Positions 1 through 9,810 are shown, counted from the first letter of the stretch. The stretch is DNA of 64,000 bases from Octopus sinensis (GCF_006345805.1 NC_043021.1:23312001-23376000); one strand, 5' to 3'. Translations and numbers: made by a program. Notes: generated by a model not told the origin, from the letters alone.

Positions 1-255
1 AGAGGGAATACAAAGGAGTGACAGGAGAGAGAGGAGAAATGGAAAGAAAAGAAGAGACGTCAACAAGAAACTATGACATTACAACCAGCCAGGAACAGTC
101 TTCGCTATATTTGCGGTACCTGCCAGAGGGAGTGTTTGTCCAGGAAAGGACTACACAGCCACAGCAGGAAATGTATCAGGATATGAAATATAAAAGCCGG
201 ACTGGACTATTTTATGCGCAACTCCATTGTCTCCCGAGACAAAAAGGATGCCAAC

Positions 256-259
<4 letters not shown>
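1..259 (+). pseudogene. 3' end of an RTE-clade LINE (ORF2 C-terminal C2H2 finger + 3' UTR)
   Basis: Frame 1 reads ...EEKWKEKKRRQQ...YICGTCQRECLSRKGLHSHSRKCIRI* (stop 184-186; earlier in-frame stop 19-21). The 3' UTR ends ...AAGGATGCCAACCAAC followed by (AT)n, typical of RTE tails. Confidence 0.75.

Positions 260-290
<31 letters not shown>
260..290. repeat. (AT)n microsatellite
   Basis: Direct reading. Confidence 0.95.
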
Positions 291-291
<1 letters not shown>

Positions 292-604
292 CAAATTAAG
301 GAACGTCCATAATAGGCCGTTCAACCCACTAGAAATAACAGCCAAGGCTTCAACCGCAAAATAGTAGTAATTCCGTAAACCAGGAGAACATTAAAAAAAA
401 ACATTTACCCTGTTACACTTTATACAATGCATTGTTTCATCGTTTTTTAATGGTAAATCAGCCTGATTAAATTAAATCAAGCTAATCTTCCATACGCCAA
501 CAGATTCATCAGTAAAGTAAGCCAGGAGGGAGAGATATTTACACGAGGCAGCACCACTACCGCTTCGGCAATATCTAACCTAAAATTTTTTGCTACCCTA
601 TATG

Positions 605-606
<2 letters not shown>
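291..606 (-). mobile_element. HHR-bearing non-coding repeat (Penelope pseudo-LTR / retrozyme-like) between two (TA)n tracts
   Basis: Contains a complete type I hammerhead at 417-518 and shares a short motif with the neighbouring 552-bp unit; bounded by TA repeats. Confidence 0.55.
417..518 (-). ncRNA. Type I hammerhead ribozyme with extended stem II
   Basis: Minus strand: ACUUUA-CUGAUGA-[~70-nt stem II]-GAAA-CAAUGCAUUG-UA/UAAAGU. Perfect 6-bp stem I, palindromic stem III (ACAAUGCAUUGU), GUA cleavage triplet (cut between 423 and 422). Confidence 0.85.

Positions 607-648
<42 letters not shown>
607..648. repeat. (TA)n microsatellite flanking the HHR array
   Basis: Direct reading. Confidence 0.95.
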
Positions 649-655
<7 letters not shown>

Positions 656-823
656 AAAGGGCTTAGTATAAATAAATTACTTTGCCGCATACTGAACTCG
701 TTAGAAATAGCAGCTAAAAAAACTATTTCTAACACTTAAAGAAAACTCTCTCATATAGTGTTTGCTCAATTCAACTCAAGAAAGTATGAGGGTAGAGACA
801 TTAAAAAATCAAATGCAAAGGTT

Positions 824-882
824 ATTTGAGTACGTACGTTTCAAGATTAGCCAAAATCGACCCTCTCTCATCAGCTCAGAAT
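824..882 (-). ncRNA. Minimal type I hammerhead ribozyme, array copy L1
   Basis: Reverse complement of AUUCUGAG-CUGAUGA-stem II-GAAA-C-GUAC-GUA/CUCAAAU; 1-nt deletion in stem II. Confidence 0.75.
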
Positions 883-1370
883 GCCCTTGTTTGAGTTTGA
901 AAACACTGAAAATGGGAGCATACCTTTCGGCTTGTTATCGCTTCTGAAGATCTGCTCCAAACTAACAGTGCTAACTAACTCAAATATGCAAGAGAAAAAT
1001 TTCTGTTCTCCCCTTTCCACCAGCGTGGTTAAAATCAGCAAACACTATGCTTTTTTCGGTAAAATCCGAGACAATTAAGTAGAGAGAGATGAATTATAAT
1101 TTCAACAATTGAGGTAAAATTAATTAATTAATTAATCAATTCACCAAGTATTCAGTATGCAAAGGGACCATTTAAGGCAAATTCAAATTATTACATTATA
1201 TAAAAGGGCTTAGTAAAATAAATTACTTTGCCGCATACTGAACTCGTTAGAAATAGCAGCTAAAAAAACTATTTCTAACACTTAAAGAAAACCTCTCTCA
1301 TATAGTGTTTGCTCAATTCAACTCAAGAAAGTATGAGGGTAGAGACATTAAAAAATCAAATGCAAAGGTT

Positions 1371-1430
1371 ATTTGAGTACGTACGTTTCAAGATTAGCCA
1401 AAATCGACCCTTCTCTCATCAGCTCAGAAT
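1371..1430 (-). ncRNA. Minimal type I hammerhead ribozyme, array copy L2
   Basis: Full motif on the minus strand, identical to the right-arm consensus. Confidence 0.8.
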
Positions 1431-1922
1431 GCCCTTGTTTGAGTTTGAAAACACTGAAAATGGGAGCATACCCTTTCGGCTTGTTATCGCTTCTGAAGAT
1501 CTGCTCCAAACTAACAGTGCTAACTAACTCAAATATGCAAGAGAAAAATTTCTGTTCTCCCCTTTCCACCAGCGTGGGTTAAAATCAGCAAACACTATGC
1601 TTTTTTCGGTAAAATCCGAGACAATTAAGTAGAGAGAGATGAATTATAATTTCAACAATTGAGGGTAAAATTAATTAATTAATTAATCAATTTCACCAAG
1701 TATTCAGTATGCAAAGGGACCATTTAAGGCAAATTCAAATTATTACATTATATAAAAGGGCTTAGTAAAATAAATTACTTTGCCGCATACTGAACTCGTT
1801 AGAAATAGCAGCTAAAAAAACTATTTCTAACACTTAAAGAAAACCTCTCTCATATAGTGTTTGCTCAATTCAACTCAAGAAAGTATGAGGGTAGAGACAT
1901 TAAAAAATCAAATGCAAAGGTT

Positions 1923-1981
1923 ATTTGAGTACGTACGTTTCAAGATTAGCCAAAATCGACCTTCTCTCATCAGCTCAGAAT
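1923..1981 (-). ncRNA. Minimal type I hammerhead ribozyme, array copy L3
   Basis: Same motif; 1-nt deletion in stem II. Confidence 0.75.
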
Positions 1982-2472
1982 GCCCTTGTTTGAGTTTGAA
2001 AACACTGAAAATGGGAGCATACCCTTTCGGCTTGTTATCGCTTCTGAAGATCTGCTCCAAACTAACAGTGCTAACTAACTCAAATATGCAAGAGAAAAAT
2101 TTCTGTTCTCCCCTTTCCACCAGCGTGGGTTAAAATCAGCAAACACTATGCTTTTTTCGGTAAAATCCGAGACAATTAAGTAGAGAGAGATGAATTATAA
2201 TTTCAACAATTGAGGGTAAAATTAATTAATTAATTAATCAATTTCACCAAGTATTCAGTATGCAAAGGGACCATTTAAGGCAAATTCAAATTATTACATT
2301 ATATAAAAGGGCTTAGTAAAATAAATTACTTTGCCGCATACTGAACTCGTTAGAAATAGCAGCTAAAAAAACTATTCTAACACTTAAAGAAAACCTCTCT
2401 CATATAGTGTTTGCTCAATTCAACTCAAGAAAGTATGAGGGTAGAGACATTAAAAAATCAAATGCAAAGGTT

Positions 2473-2532
2473 ATTTGAGTACGTACGTTTCAAGATTAGC
2501 CAAAATCGACCCTTCTCTCATCAGCTCAGAAT
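2473..2532 (-). ncRNA. Minimal type I hammerhead ribozyme, array copy L4
   Basis: Full motif on the minus strand. Confidence 0.8.
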
Positions 2533-3510
2533 GCCCTTGTTTGAGTTTGAAAACACTGAAAATGGGAGCATACCCTTTCGGCTTGTTATCGCTTCTGAAG
2601 ATCTGCTCCAAACTAACAGTGCTAACTAACTCAAATATGCAAGAGAAAAATTCTGTTCTCCTTTCCACCAGCGTGGGTTAAAATCAGCAAACACTATGCT
2701 TTTTTCGGTAAAATCCGAGACAATTAAGTAGAGAGAGATGAATTATAATTTCAACAATTGAGGGTAAAATTAATTAATTAATTAATCAATTTCACCAGTA
2801 TTCAGTATGCAAAGGGACCATTTAAGGCAAATTCAAATTATTACATTATATAAAAGGGCTTAGTAAAATAAATACTTTGCCGCATACTGAACTCGTTAGA
2901 AATAGCAGCTAAAAAAACTATTTCTAACACTTAAAGAAAACCTCTCTCATATAGTGTTTGCTCAATTCAACTCAAGAAAGTATGAGGGTAGAGACATTAA
3001 AAAATCAAATGCAAAGGTTATTTGAGTACGTACGTTTCAAGATTAGCCAAAATCGACCTTTCTTGAGTTGAATTGAGCAAACACTATATGAGAGAGGTTT
3101 TCTTTAAGTGTTAGAATTAGTTTTTTTAGCTGCTATTTCTAACGAGTTCAGTATGCGGCAAAGTAATTTATTTTACTAAGCCCTTTTATATAATGTAATA
3201 ATTTGAATTTGCCTTAAATGGTCCCTTTGCATACTGAATACTTGGTGAAATTGATTAATTAATTAATTAATTTTACCCTCAATTGTTGAAATTATAATTC
3301 GTCTCTCTCTACTTAATTGTCTCGGATTTTACCGAAAAAAGCATAGTGTTTGCTGATTTTAACCCACGCTGGTGGAAAGGGGAGAACAGAAATTTTTCTC
3401 TTGCATATTTGAGTTAGTTAGCACTGTTAGTTTGGAGCAGATCTTCAGAAGCGATAACAAGCCGAAAGGGTATGCTCCCATTTTCAGTGTTTTCAAACTC
3501 AAACAAGGGC

Positions 3511-3570
3511 ATTCTGAGCTGATGAGAGAAGGGTCGATTTTGGCTAATCTTGAAACGTACGTACTCAAAT
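3511..3570 (+). ncRNA. Minimal type I hammerhead ribozyme, array copy R1
   Basis: ATTCTGAG CTGATGA(3519-3525) GAGAAGGGTCGATTTTGGCTAATCTT GAAA C GTAC GTA|CTCAAAT; predicted cut after 3563. Confidence 0.8.
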
Positions 3571-4062
3571 AACCTTTGCATTTGATTTTTTAATGTCTCT
3601 ACCCTCATACTTTCTTGAGTTGAATTGAGCAAACACTATATGAGAGAGGTTTTCTTTAAGTGTTAGAAATAGTTTTTTTAGCTGCTATTTCTAACGAGTT
3701 CAGTATGCGGCAAAGTAATTTATTTTACTAAGCCCTTTTATATAATGTAATAATTTGAATTTGCCTTAAATGGTCCCTTTGCATACTGAATACTTGGTGA
3801 AATTGATTAATTAATTAATTAATTTTACCCTCAATTGTTGAAATTATAATTCATCTCTCTCTACTTAATTGTCTCGGATTTTACCGAAAAAAGCATAGTG
3901 TTTGCTGATTTTAACCCACGCTGGTGGAAAGGGGAGAACAGAAATTTTTCTCTTGCATATTTGAGTTAGTTAGCACTGTTAGTTTGGAGCAGATCTTCAG
4001 AAGCGATAACAAGCCGAAAGGGTATGCTCCCATTTTCAGTGTTTTCAAACTCAAACAAGGGC

Positions 4063-4122
4063 ATTCTGAGCTGATGAGAGAAGGGTCGATTTTGGCTAAT
4101 CTTGAAACGTACGTACTCAAAT
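4063..4122 (+). ncRNA. Minimal type I hammerhead ribozyme, array copy R2
   Basis: Identical motif; cut after 4115, 552 nt from R1. Confidence 0.8.
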
Positions 4123-4614
4123 AACCTTTGCATTTGATTTTTTAATGTCTCTACCCTCATACTTTCTTGAGTTGAATTGAGCAAACACTATATGAGAGAG
4201 GTTTTCTTTAAGTGTTAGAAATAGTTTTTTTAGCTGCTATTTCTAACGAGTTCAGTATGCGGCAAAGTAATTTATTTTACTAAGCCCTTTTATATAATGT
4301 AATAATTTGAATTTGCCTTAAATGGTCCCTTTGCATACTGAATACTTGGTGAAATTGATTAATTAATTAATTAATTTTACCCTCAATTGTTGAAATTATA
4401 ATTCATCTCTCTCTACTTAATTGTCTCGGATTTTACCGAAAAAAGCATAGTGTTTGCTGATTTTAACCCACGCTGGTGGAAAGGGGAGAACAGAAATTTT
4501 TCTCTTGCATATTTGAGTTAGTTAGCACTGTTAGTTTGGAGCAGATCTTCAGAAGCGATAACAAGCCGAAAGGGTATGCTCCCATTTTCAGTGTTTTCAA
4601 ACTCAAACAAGGGC

Positions 4615-4674
4615 ATTCTGAGCTGATGAGAGAAGGGTCGATTTTGGCTAATCTTGAAACGTACGTGCTCAAAT
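4615..4674 (+). ncRNA. Hammerhead copy R3 with GUG at the cleavage triplet (predicted inactive)
   Basis: A>G at 4667 converts GUA to GUG. Confidence 0.7.
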
Positions 4675-5162
4675 AACCTTTGCATTTGATTTTTTAATGT
4701 CTCTACCCTCATACTTTCTTGAGTTGAATTGAGCAAACACTATATGAGAGGGGTTTTCTTTAAGTGTTAGAAATAGTTTTTTTAGCTGCTATTTCTAACG
4801 AGTTCAGTATGCGGCAAAGTAATTTATTTTACTAAGCCCTTTTATATAATGTAATAATTTGAATTTGCCTTAAATGGTCCCTTTGCATACTGAATACTTG
4901 GTGAAATTGATTAATTAATTAATTTTACCCTCAATTGTTGAAATTATAATTCATCTCTCTCTACTTAATTGTCTCGGATTTTACCGAAAAAAGCATAGTG
5001 TTTGCTGATTTTAACCCACGCTGGTGGAAAGGGGAGAACAGAAATTTTTCTCTTGCATATTTGAGTTAGTTAGCACTGTTAGTTTGGAGCAGATCTTCAG
5101 AAGCGATAACAAGCCGAAAGGGTATGCTCCCATTTTCAGTGTTTTCAAACTCAAACAAGGGC

Positions 5163-5222
5163 ATTCTGAGCTGATGAGAGAAGGGTCGATTTTGGCTAAT
5201 CTTGAAACGTACGTACTCAAAT
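5163..5222 (+). ncRNA. Minimal type I hammerhead ribozyme, array copy R4
   Basis: Full motif; cut after 5215. Confidence 0.8.
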
Positions 5223-5492
5223 AACCTTTGCATTTGATTTTTTAATGTCTCTACCCTCATACTTTCTTGAGTTGAATTGAGCAAACACTATATGAGAGAG
5301 GTTTTCTTTAAGTGTTAGAAATAGTTTTTTTAGCTGCTATTTCTAACGAGTTCAGTATGCGGCAAAGTAATTTATTTTACTAAGCCCTTTTATATAATGT
5401 AATAATTTGAATTTGCCTTAAATGGTCCCTTTGCATACTGAATACTTGGTGAAATTGATTAATTAATTAATTAATTTTACCCTCAATTGTTG

Positions 5493-5496
<4 letters not shown>

Positions 5497-5531
<35 letters not shown>
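5497..5531. repeat. (AT)n microsatellite at the right end of the array
   Basis: Direct reading. Confidence 0.95.
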
Positions 5532-5537
<6 letters not shown>

Positions 5538-5737
5538 GAAGGATAAGATCAATATTTAAATATCGATTTTATCAGGTGGCCAGCATGGGAATAAAAACCA
5601 TCAAAGGTAACACTTATTTAAAATTATAATGTAGGGTAATAGCAGTCAAAACTTGACTCTAGAGCCACATTAAATGTTCATATAGCACCAGGAGAGAAGA
5701 CGAAGAGACAAAATAGAATAGCAAACATTTCTGGATA

Positions 5738-5796
5738 ATTCCAGATCCCGGATTTCTGACTCTGCATAAGAAATGCTCTGCCTTCATCAGTGGAAT
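5738..5796 (-). ncRNA. Type I hammerhead ribozyme, third family
   Basis: Minus strand: AUUCCA-CUGAUGA-AGGCAGAGCAUUUCUUAUGCAGAGUCA-GAAA-UCCGGG-AUC/UGGAAU. 6-bp stem I, AUC triplet, near-palindromic stem III; A.A mismatch at the base of stem II. Confidence 0.7.
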
Positions 5797-5871
5797 ATAC
5801 TCAGAAAAGCAAATAAATACAATATATACATATACAACTTACGATATACTTACATATACGAAAGTATTTAT

Positions 5872-5883
5872 AATATATATATG

Positions 5884-5965
<82 letters not shown>

Positions 5966-5975
5966 ATATATATGA
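5872..5975. repeat. (TA)n microsatellite
   Basis: Direct reading; the poly-IY ORFs here are artefacts. Confidence 0.95.
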
Positions 5976-6389
5976 GCGTGTATATATAAATCAAGGCGGC
6001 TATCAGCATTTTAAGACCAACAGGGAAATAATTCACAATCACTAAAGGTGACAAGAGTGCGGTGAGCACCAACATTATTAGAAATATTAGTCATAGACTA
6101 TTTCGTTTTGGGATTTGGTTTGCAAGATTCTTTATATGAGTTCGTGTGTTGAAGCATATTCTGTTCTGTCTGGGGAGAGCCATTTTCTTTTTGTGCCTTA
6201 TAATTCCACACACTCACTAGTAATATTTCAACGTATTTCTTATTTTTATTTTCCTAAAACATTTCGTTGAGTCTTGCAAACTTTTACCAGTGATTGTGTT
6301 AAATTATAGTCATAGACACCTTAGCCATAAAAAAAAACACATAGTGCATTGGCAGGGGGGGGGAGAACATTCCCCACGGTAAGCCAGAT

Positions 6390-6443
6390 GGATTAGATTA
6401 GCATGGTAATTTCTTATAAGAAGTTAATACTCATCAGCAATGC
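6390..6443 (-). ncRNA. Degenerate type I hammerhead, fourth family
   Basis: Minus strand: GCAUUG-CUGAUGA-GUAUUAACUUCUUAUAA-GAAA-UUACCAUGCUA-AUC/UAAUCC. Core intact, stems I and II imperfect. Confidence 0.5.
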
Positions 6444-7825
6444 TCACTCCATTACGGCTGGTGGAGGTTAACTCCCGCCTGTCAATATCATTGAGAATGA
6501 CATAAAAATGAGTGATTGATTTCACAAAATGGCAATGTGAAGATTATAAAATAATTAAGGTGGCTAACACACATTTTAAAACCAACCAGGTAATTATATA
6601 TATATAAAATGTATATAAAAACTTATACACGGAGGGAAGACCACCATGTGGATTTCTTACATGCTAAAGAGGGCAAGCCACGGTACTGGACGAATATGTT
6701 CTTAACACTAACTTTTAGTCACCCGCTTGTAGTTCTAGCCTTCTTCACTAATTCTGTTCTCAACCATACTGAATGCGGTTATTTTACCTATGATGATCCA
6801 ATCCTAAGCTATATTTGAATATAGAAATAATTGAAACAAAACAATTAATCTCTTTAAGTGTTCAAAGTCAACTGCGGCGCAATATCTCCCAAGTTTTGAA
6901 CAAATTCCAGGCATTGCTCAACATGAATTTGCTTGATGAAAGTAAGTATCGTGTTTCTTCATTTTTCTAACACCATTACCGTCATAATTAGCTTCATCAA
7001 TCACCATACCATCCTCTTCGTCGTTGTCGTCATCATCAACCACAATGGATGATACCTTAGGACACCCACGCGTGCACGCAAGCGCACAGACTCCCTCCCT
7101 CTCTCTCATACATACAACTATTCATTTACATTTTCTCGAAGCTTGGATAATTTCAATAAATCAGCATTTTATTTTGCGCTTTTCCGTTTCTTGTCCCTAC
7201 GGAACTGTTTGTCTAACCGAGGGCAAAAATGTTTTCTTCTAATTTTGTATAGAAGTAGAAGATGCAGACTCTACTGGGCAGAATAATTCACACAATTCCA
7301 GTACTTTCTTTAATTCACTCAGGAAAATTATTCAATGCTGCAAATAATTTTCCTCAGCGAAAATTCATTTTGTTCGACGTGATCATATTAATTTTTGAAT
7401 TAGGATCGATAGATACACACACAGCTTATACGCTTTAACTCATCTCTAAGAGATATAAAAGAGGAATAAATCACATCCCATTGCCGAACAATGATATAAT
7501 TTTTTTTCTCTTCGTTTCCATTCATTTCATTTTACCACTGCCAAATCAATATAATGTCTATCTATTTCCAGCATAAAAGAGGTTTATGCGCATCCGGTCA
7601 GTATGTCTAAGTAGTGGTCAATATTGAGGAAATGCAACAATAGAGGCCGCGAAACAGACAATAGCATTTTCACTAGTCAAATCCCGTAACAAATTATATA
7701 TTGCTCGGGAAAATGTAAAAATATATATACATATACACATCCATATTTCGGGATGGTCATGTTATTTATTATTTAAAAAAATATATAAATGAATAAATAT
7801 ATGTGTGCATATATATATTGTGTGC

Positions 7826-7999
7826 CCAGGTAGAGTACACGGGGATCTCTACGTTCATCAGTGTTCGAGCAAACAGATCACATCGGCATAATTTGAAGAA
7901 CGCTGTCAAAGTAGTTTCTCATGGATTCAGTTCTACGTTTCGAGCATTGTCTTCTGTGAAATATACACGCTGGCCATTTTCAAGATGTACGGATAGATT
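7826..7999 (-). pseudogene. Helitron Rep/helicase fragment
   Basis: Minus translation NLSVHLENGQRVYFTEDNARNVELNP*ETTLTAFFKLCRCDLFARTLMNVEIPVYSTW matches the conserved Helitron RepHel HLENGQRVYF...TTLTAFF motif. Confidence 0.8.
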
Positions 8000-8457
8000 T
8001 TAAGAAAGTGTGACTACATGTAAACAGGATGTGACATTTGTGTTGACAGTGTATTTGTCTCAAAGCAGAACCGTCCTTCCATCAGCGCTTGCCAATTGGC
8101 TGAAGTAACATGAAAGGCATCGTCATTCATGGTATATTCGTGAATAAGTCACAAACTGAAATACGTTGATCTATTGTTTAGGGAAATATTATTTACTTGT
8201 GTAAGGGTTGTACTGGATACATAGCGAAAACAGCTCTAACAGTTCGAATAGTAAGAAATAAACATATATATATATACAAATTAATACTATCCGGTAATTA
8301 ATGTGCTTAAACTTTTATATTTTATGTTTTTTCATTATGTTTCCAGGTTCAAGTACTGGTAATGGAACAGAGGATAGAACAGCAGAAACAAACTTTTGAG
8401 TGAAAATCGAAAAAGAGCCTCCAAGAATCGTCTTTGCTGATATTTTATGCTATAAAA

Positions 8458-8575
8458 CGATATTTTCTGCATATATAATACAAAATAAAATTTTCTCCAT
8501 ATATAATATGAAATAATATTTTCTTAATATATGATATAAAATAATATTTTCTCCATATATAATATAAAATATTCT
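8458..8575. repeat. AT-rich ~29-bp minisatellite (~4 copies)
   Basis: Recurring AAAATAATATTTTCTCCATATATAATAT-like units. Confidence 0.6.
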
Positions 8576-9429
8576 TTCCTTGTAACGACACTATAATTGT
8601 ACCTTTCAATACAACACTATGCATGCATGAGACTGTATAATCCACCATGATGTAATTTAAACAAGTTTCAGGGCCTCACTATGGCTTGAAACAGAAAATA
8701 TTGCATGATTTGAAATTATATTGAAATTCTATCTTCTTGCCAATTTAATGTTATCAATGTAAGCTTTAGAATTGTTAAATAAAGGATTAAATCTGATCTG
8801 TTGCTACCGTTCGTTTTCTAGATGAAATACTGTAATCCCGCAGACTAAGATCAAGTACTACCGGAAGAGGCATTGATTCCAATTGTTATTTTAAACATTC
8901 CACTAAAATGTTAAAACTTGCAAAATGTATCATGTTGATTAGATTTACGATCATTTAGCTAATTAGTATTATCAGGTCATTCAACTGTCATTGTTCAAGT
9001 AATCAACATTTCACAAACAGCTACATTCCAATCAAAGCACCGGACGTAGATTCGTCTTCTTCACGTTCATATCTACTTTCACTCCATCAATGTTACACTA
9101 ACACGAGACTGCGCACGCCTCAATGTCTTCATTGAAGTAGTTTCTTAGTTATATTCTCTACATGATATTCAGGCCCATTAGGCCGCAGTCTCTCTCGGTA
9201 TCCAACATATTCCAACACCCGGGGATAGAAGACACCCCACTAAAAGAGATGCCACTCTGTTGCAAGTTTAACCCTTGGTTGTTGCTGGTATTTCTTCTCA
9301 GATGACTGCACTGGAAGTGATTTTCTCGTGGACAGGACGCATCGGACCAATAGTCCAAGTGTCTATTTCTGTGTGTGTGTATGTGTGTGTATGCATGCGT
9401 GTGTGTGTATGTATGTATGTGTGTGCTTT

Positions 9430-9810
9430 TTAGCCTCTTCTATTTTCCGGATCATTGGTCGCTCTCTTGCCAGCCGGAACACCGCTCCGCCCTTCTTTTA
9501 TACTCTGCTTGTTGCTGTTAAAAGATATGTAGCCGTTTATCGTAACAGCTCTGTCATTTCTACCACTTATTATATGGCCTGTGGTTTTAGATGTCTTGGT
9601 ACATCGACTGAACTAAGGAATTATCTTTTAGTTTCCTCCTAATTAGATGGTCGCACCATTTCACTCTCTTCCATCTGACTACTTCAGTTCTGGTTTATGT
9701 CATGTAAATAACGTTTCTTATACAAATTACGCCAGTCTCACTATAATATCTTTTTAGTTTTAAACACATCTTAATAACCTCTTACTTATGTGTTTCTAGA
9801 CCCTGATTAG
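9430..9810 (-). pseudogene. Degenerate RTE-like LINE fragment
   Basis: Minus translation includes VVRWKRVKWCDHLIRR, resembling the RTE IRxRRLRWxGHxxR motif; multiple stops. Confidence 0.4.

Larger units (their letters stand above)
649..5496. mobile_element. Tandem array of ~552-bp HHR-containing units (retrozyme/Penelope-derived), arranged as a head-to-head inverted repeat
   Basis: Left-arm units start at 649, 1196, 1748, 2299, 2846. Orientation inverts at ~3058 and the right arm runs to 5496. Each full unit carries one hammerhead; both ends abut (TA)n. Confidence 0.85.

Noticed and set aside
762-5284. Recurrent 60-90 aa ORFs (MLNSTQES.., MSTYVSRL.., MERGEQK..) in the 552-bp units
   Set aside because: Short, present in several frames and both strands, broken by indels between copies, no recognisable domain; the conserved feature is the RNA motif.
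649-5496. CRISPR array or Helentron/DINE-type tandem element
   Set aside because: No unique spacers and a eukaryotic context; the internal inverted repeats are better explained together with the hammerhead than as Helentron subterminal repeats.
7826-7870. CTGATGA (minus, 7855-7861) with adjacent GTAGAG/CTCTAC hairpin as a hammerhead
   Set aside because: No GAAA after stem II; it lies inside Helitron coding sequence.
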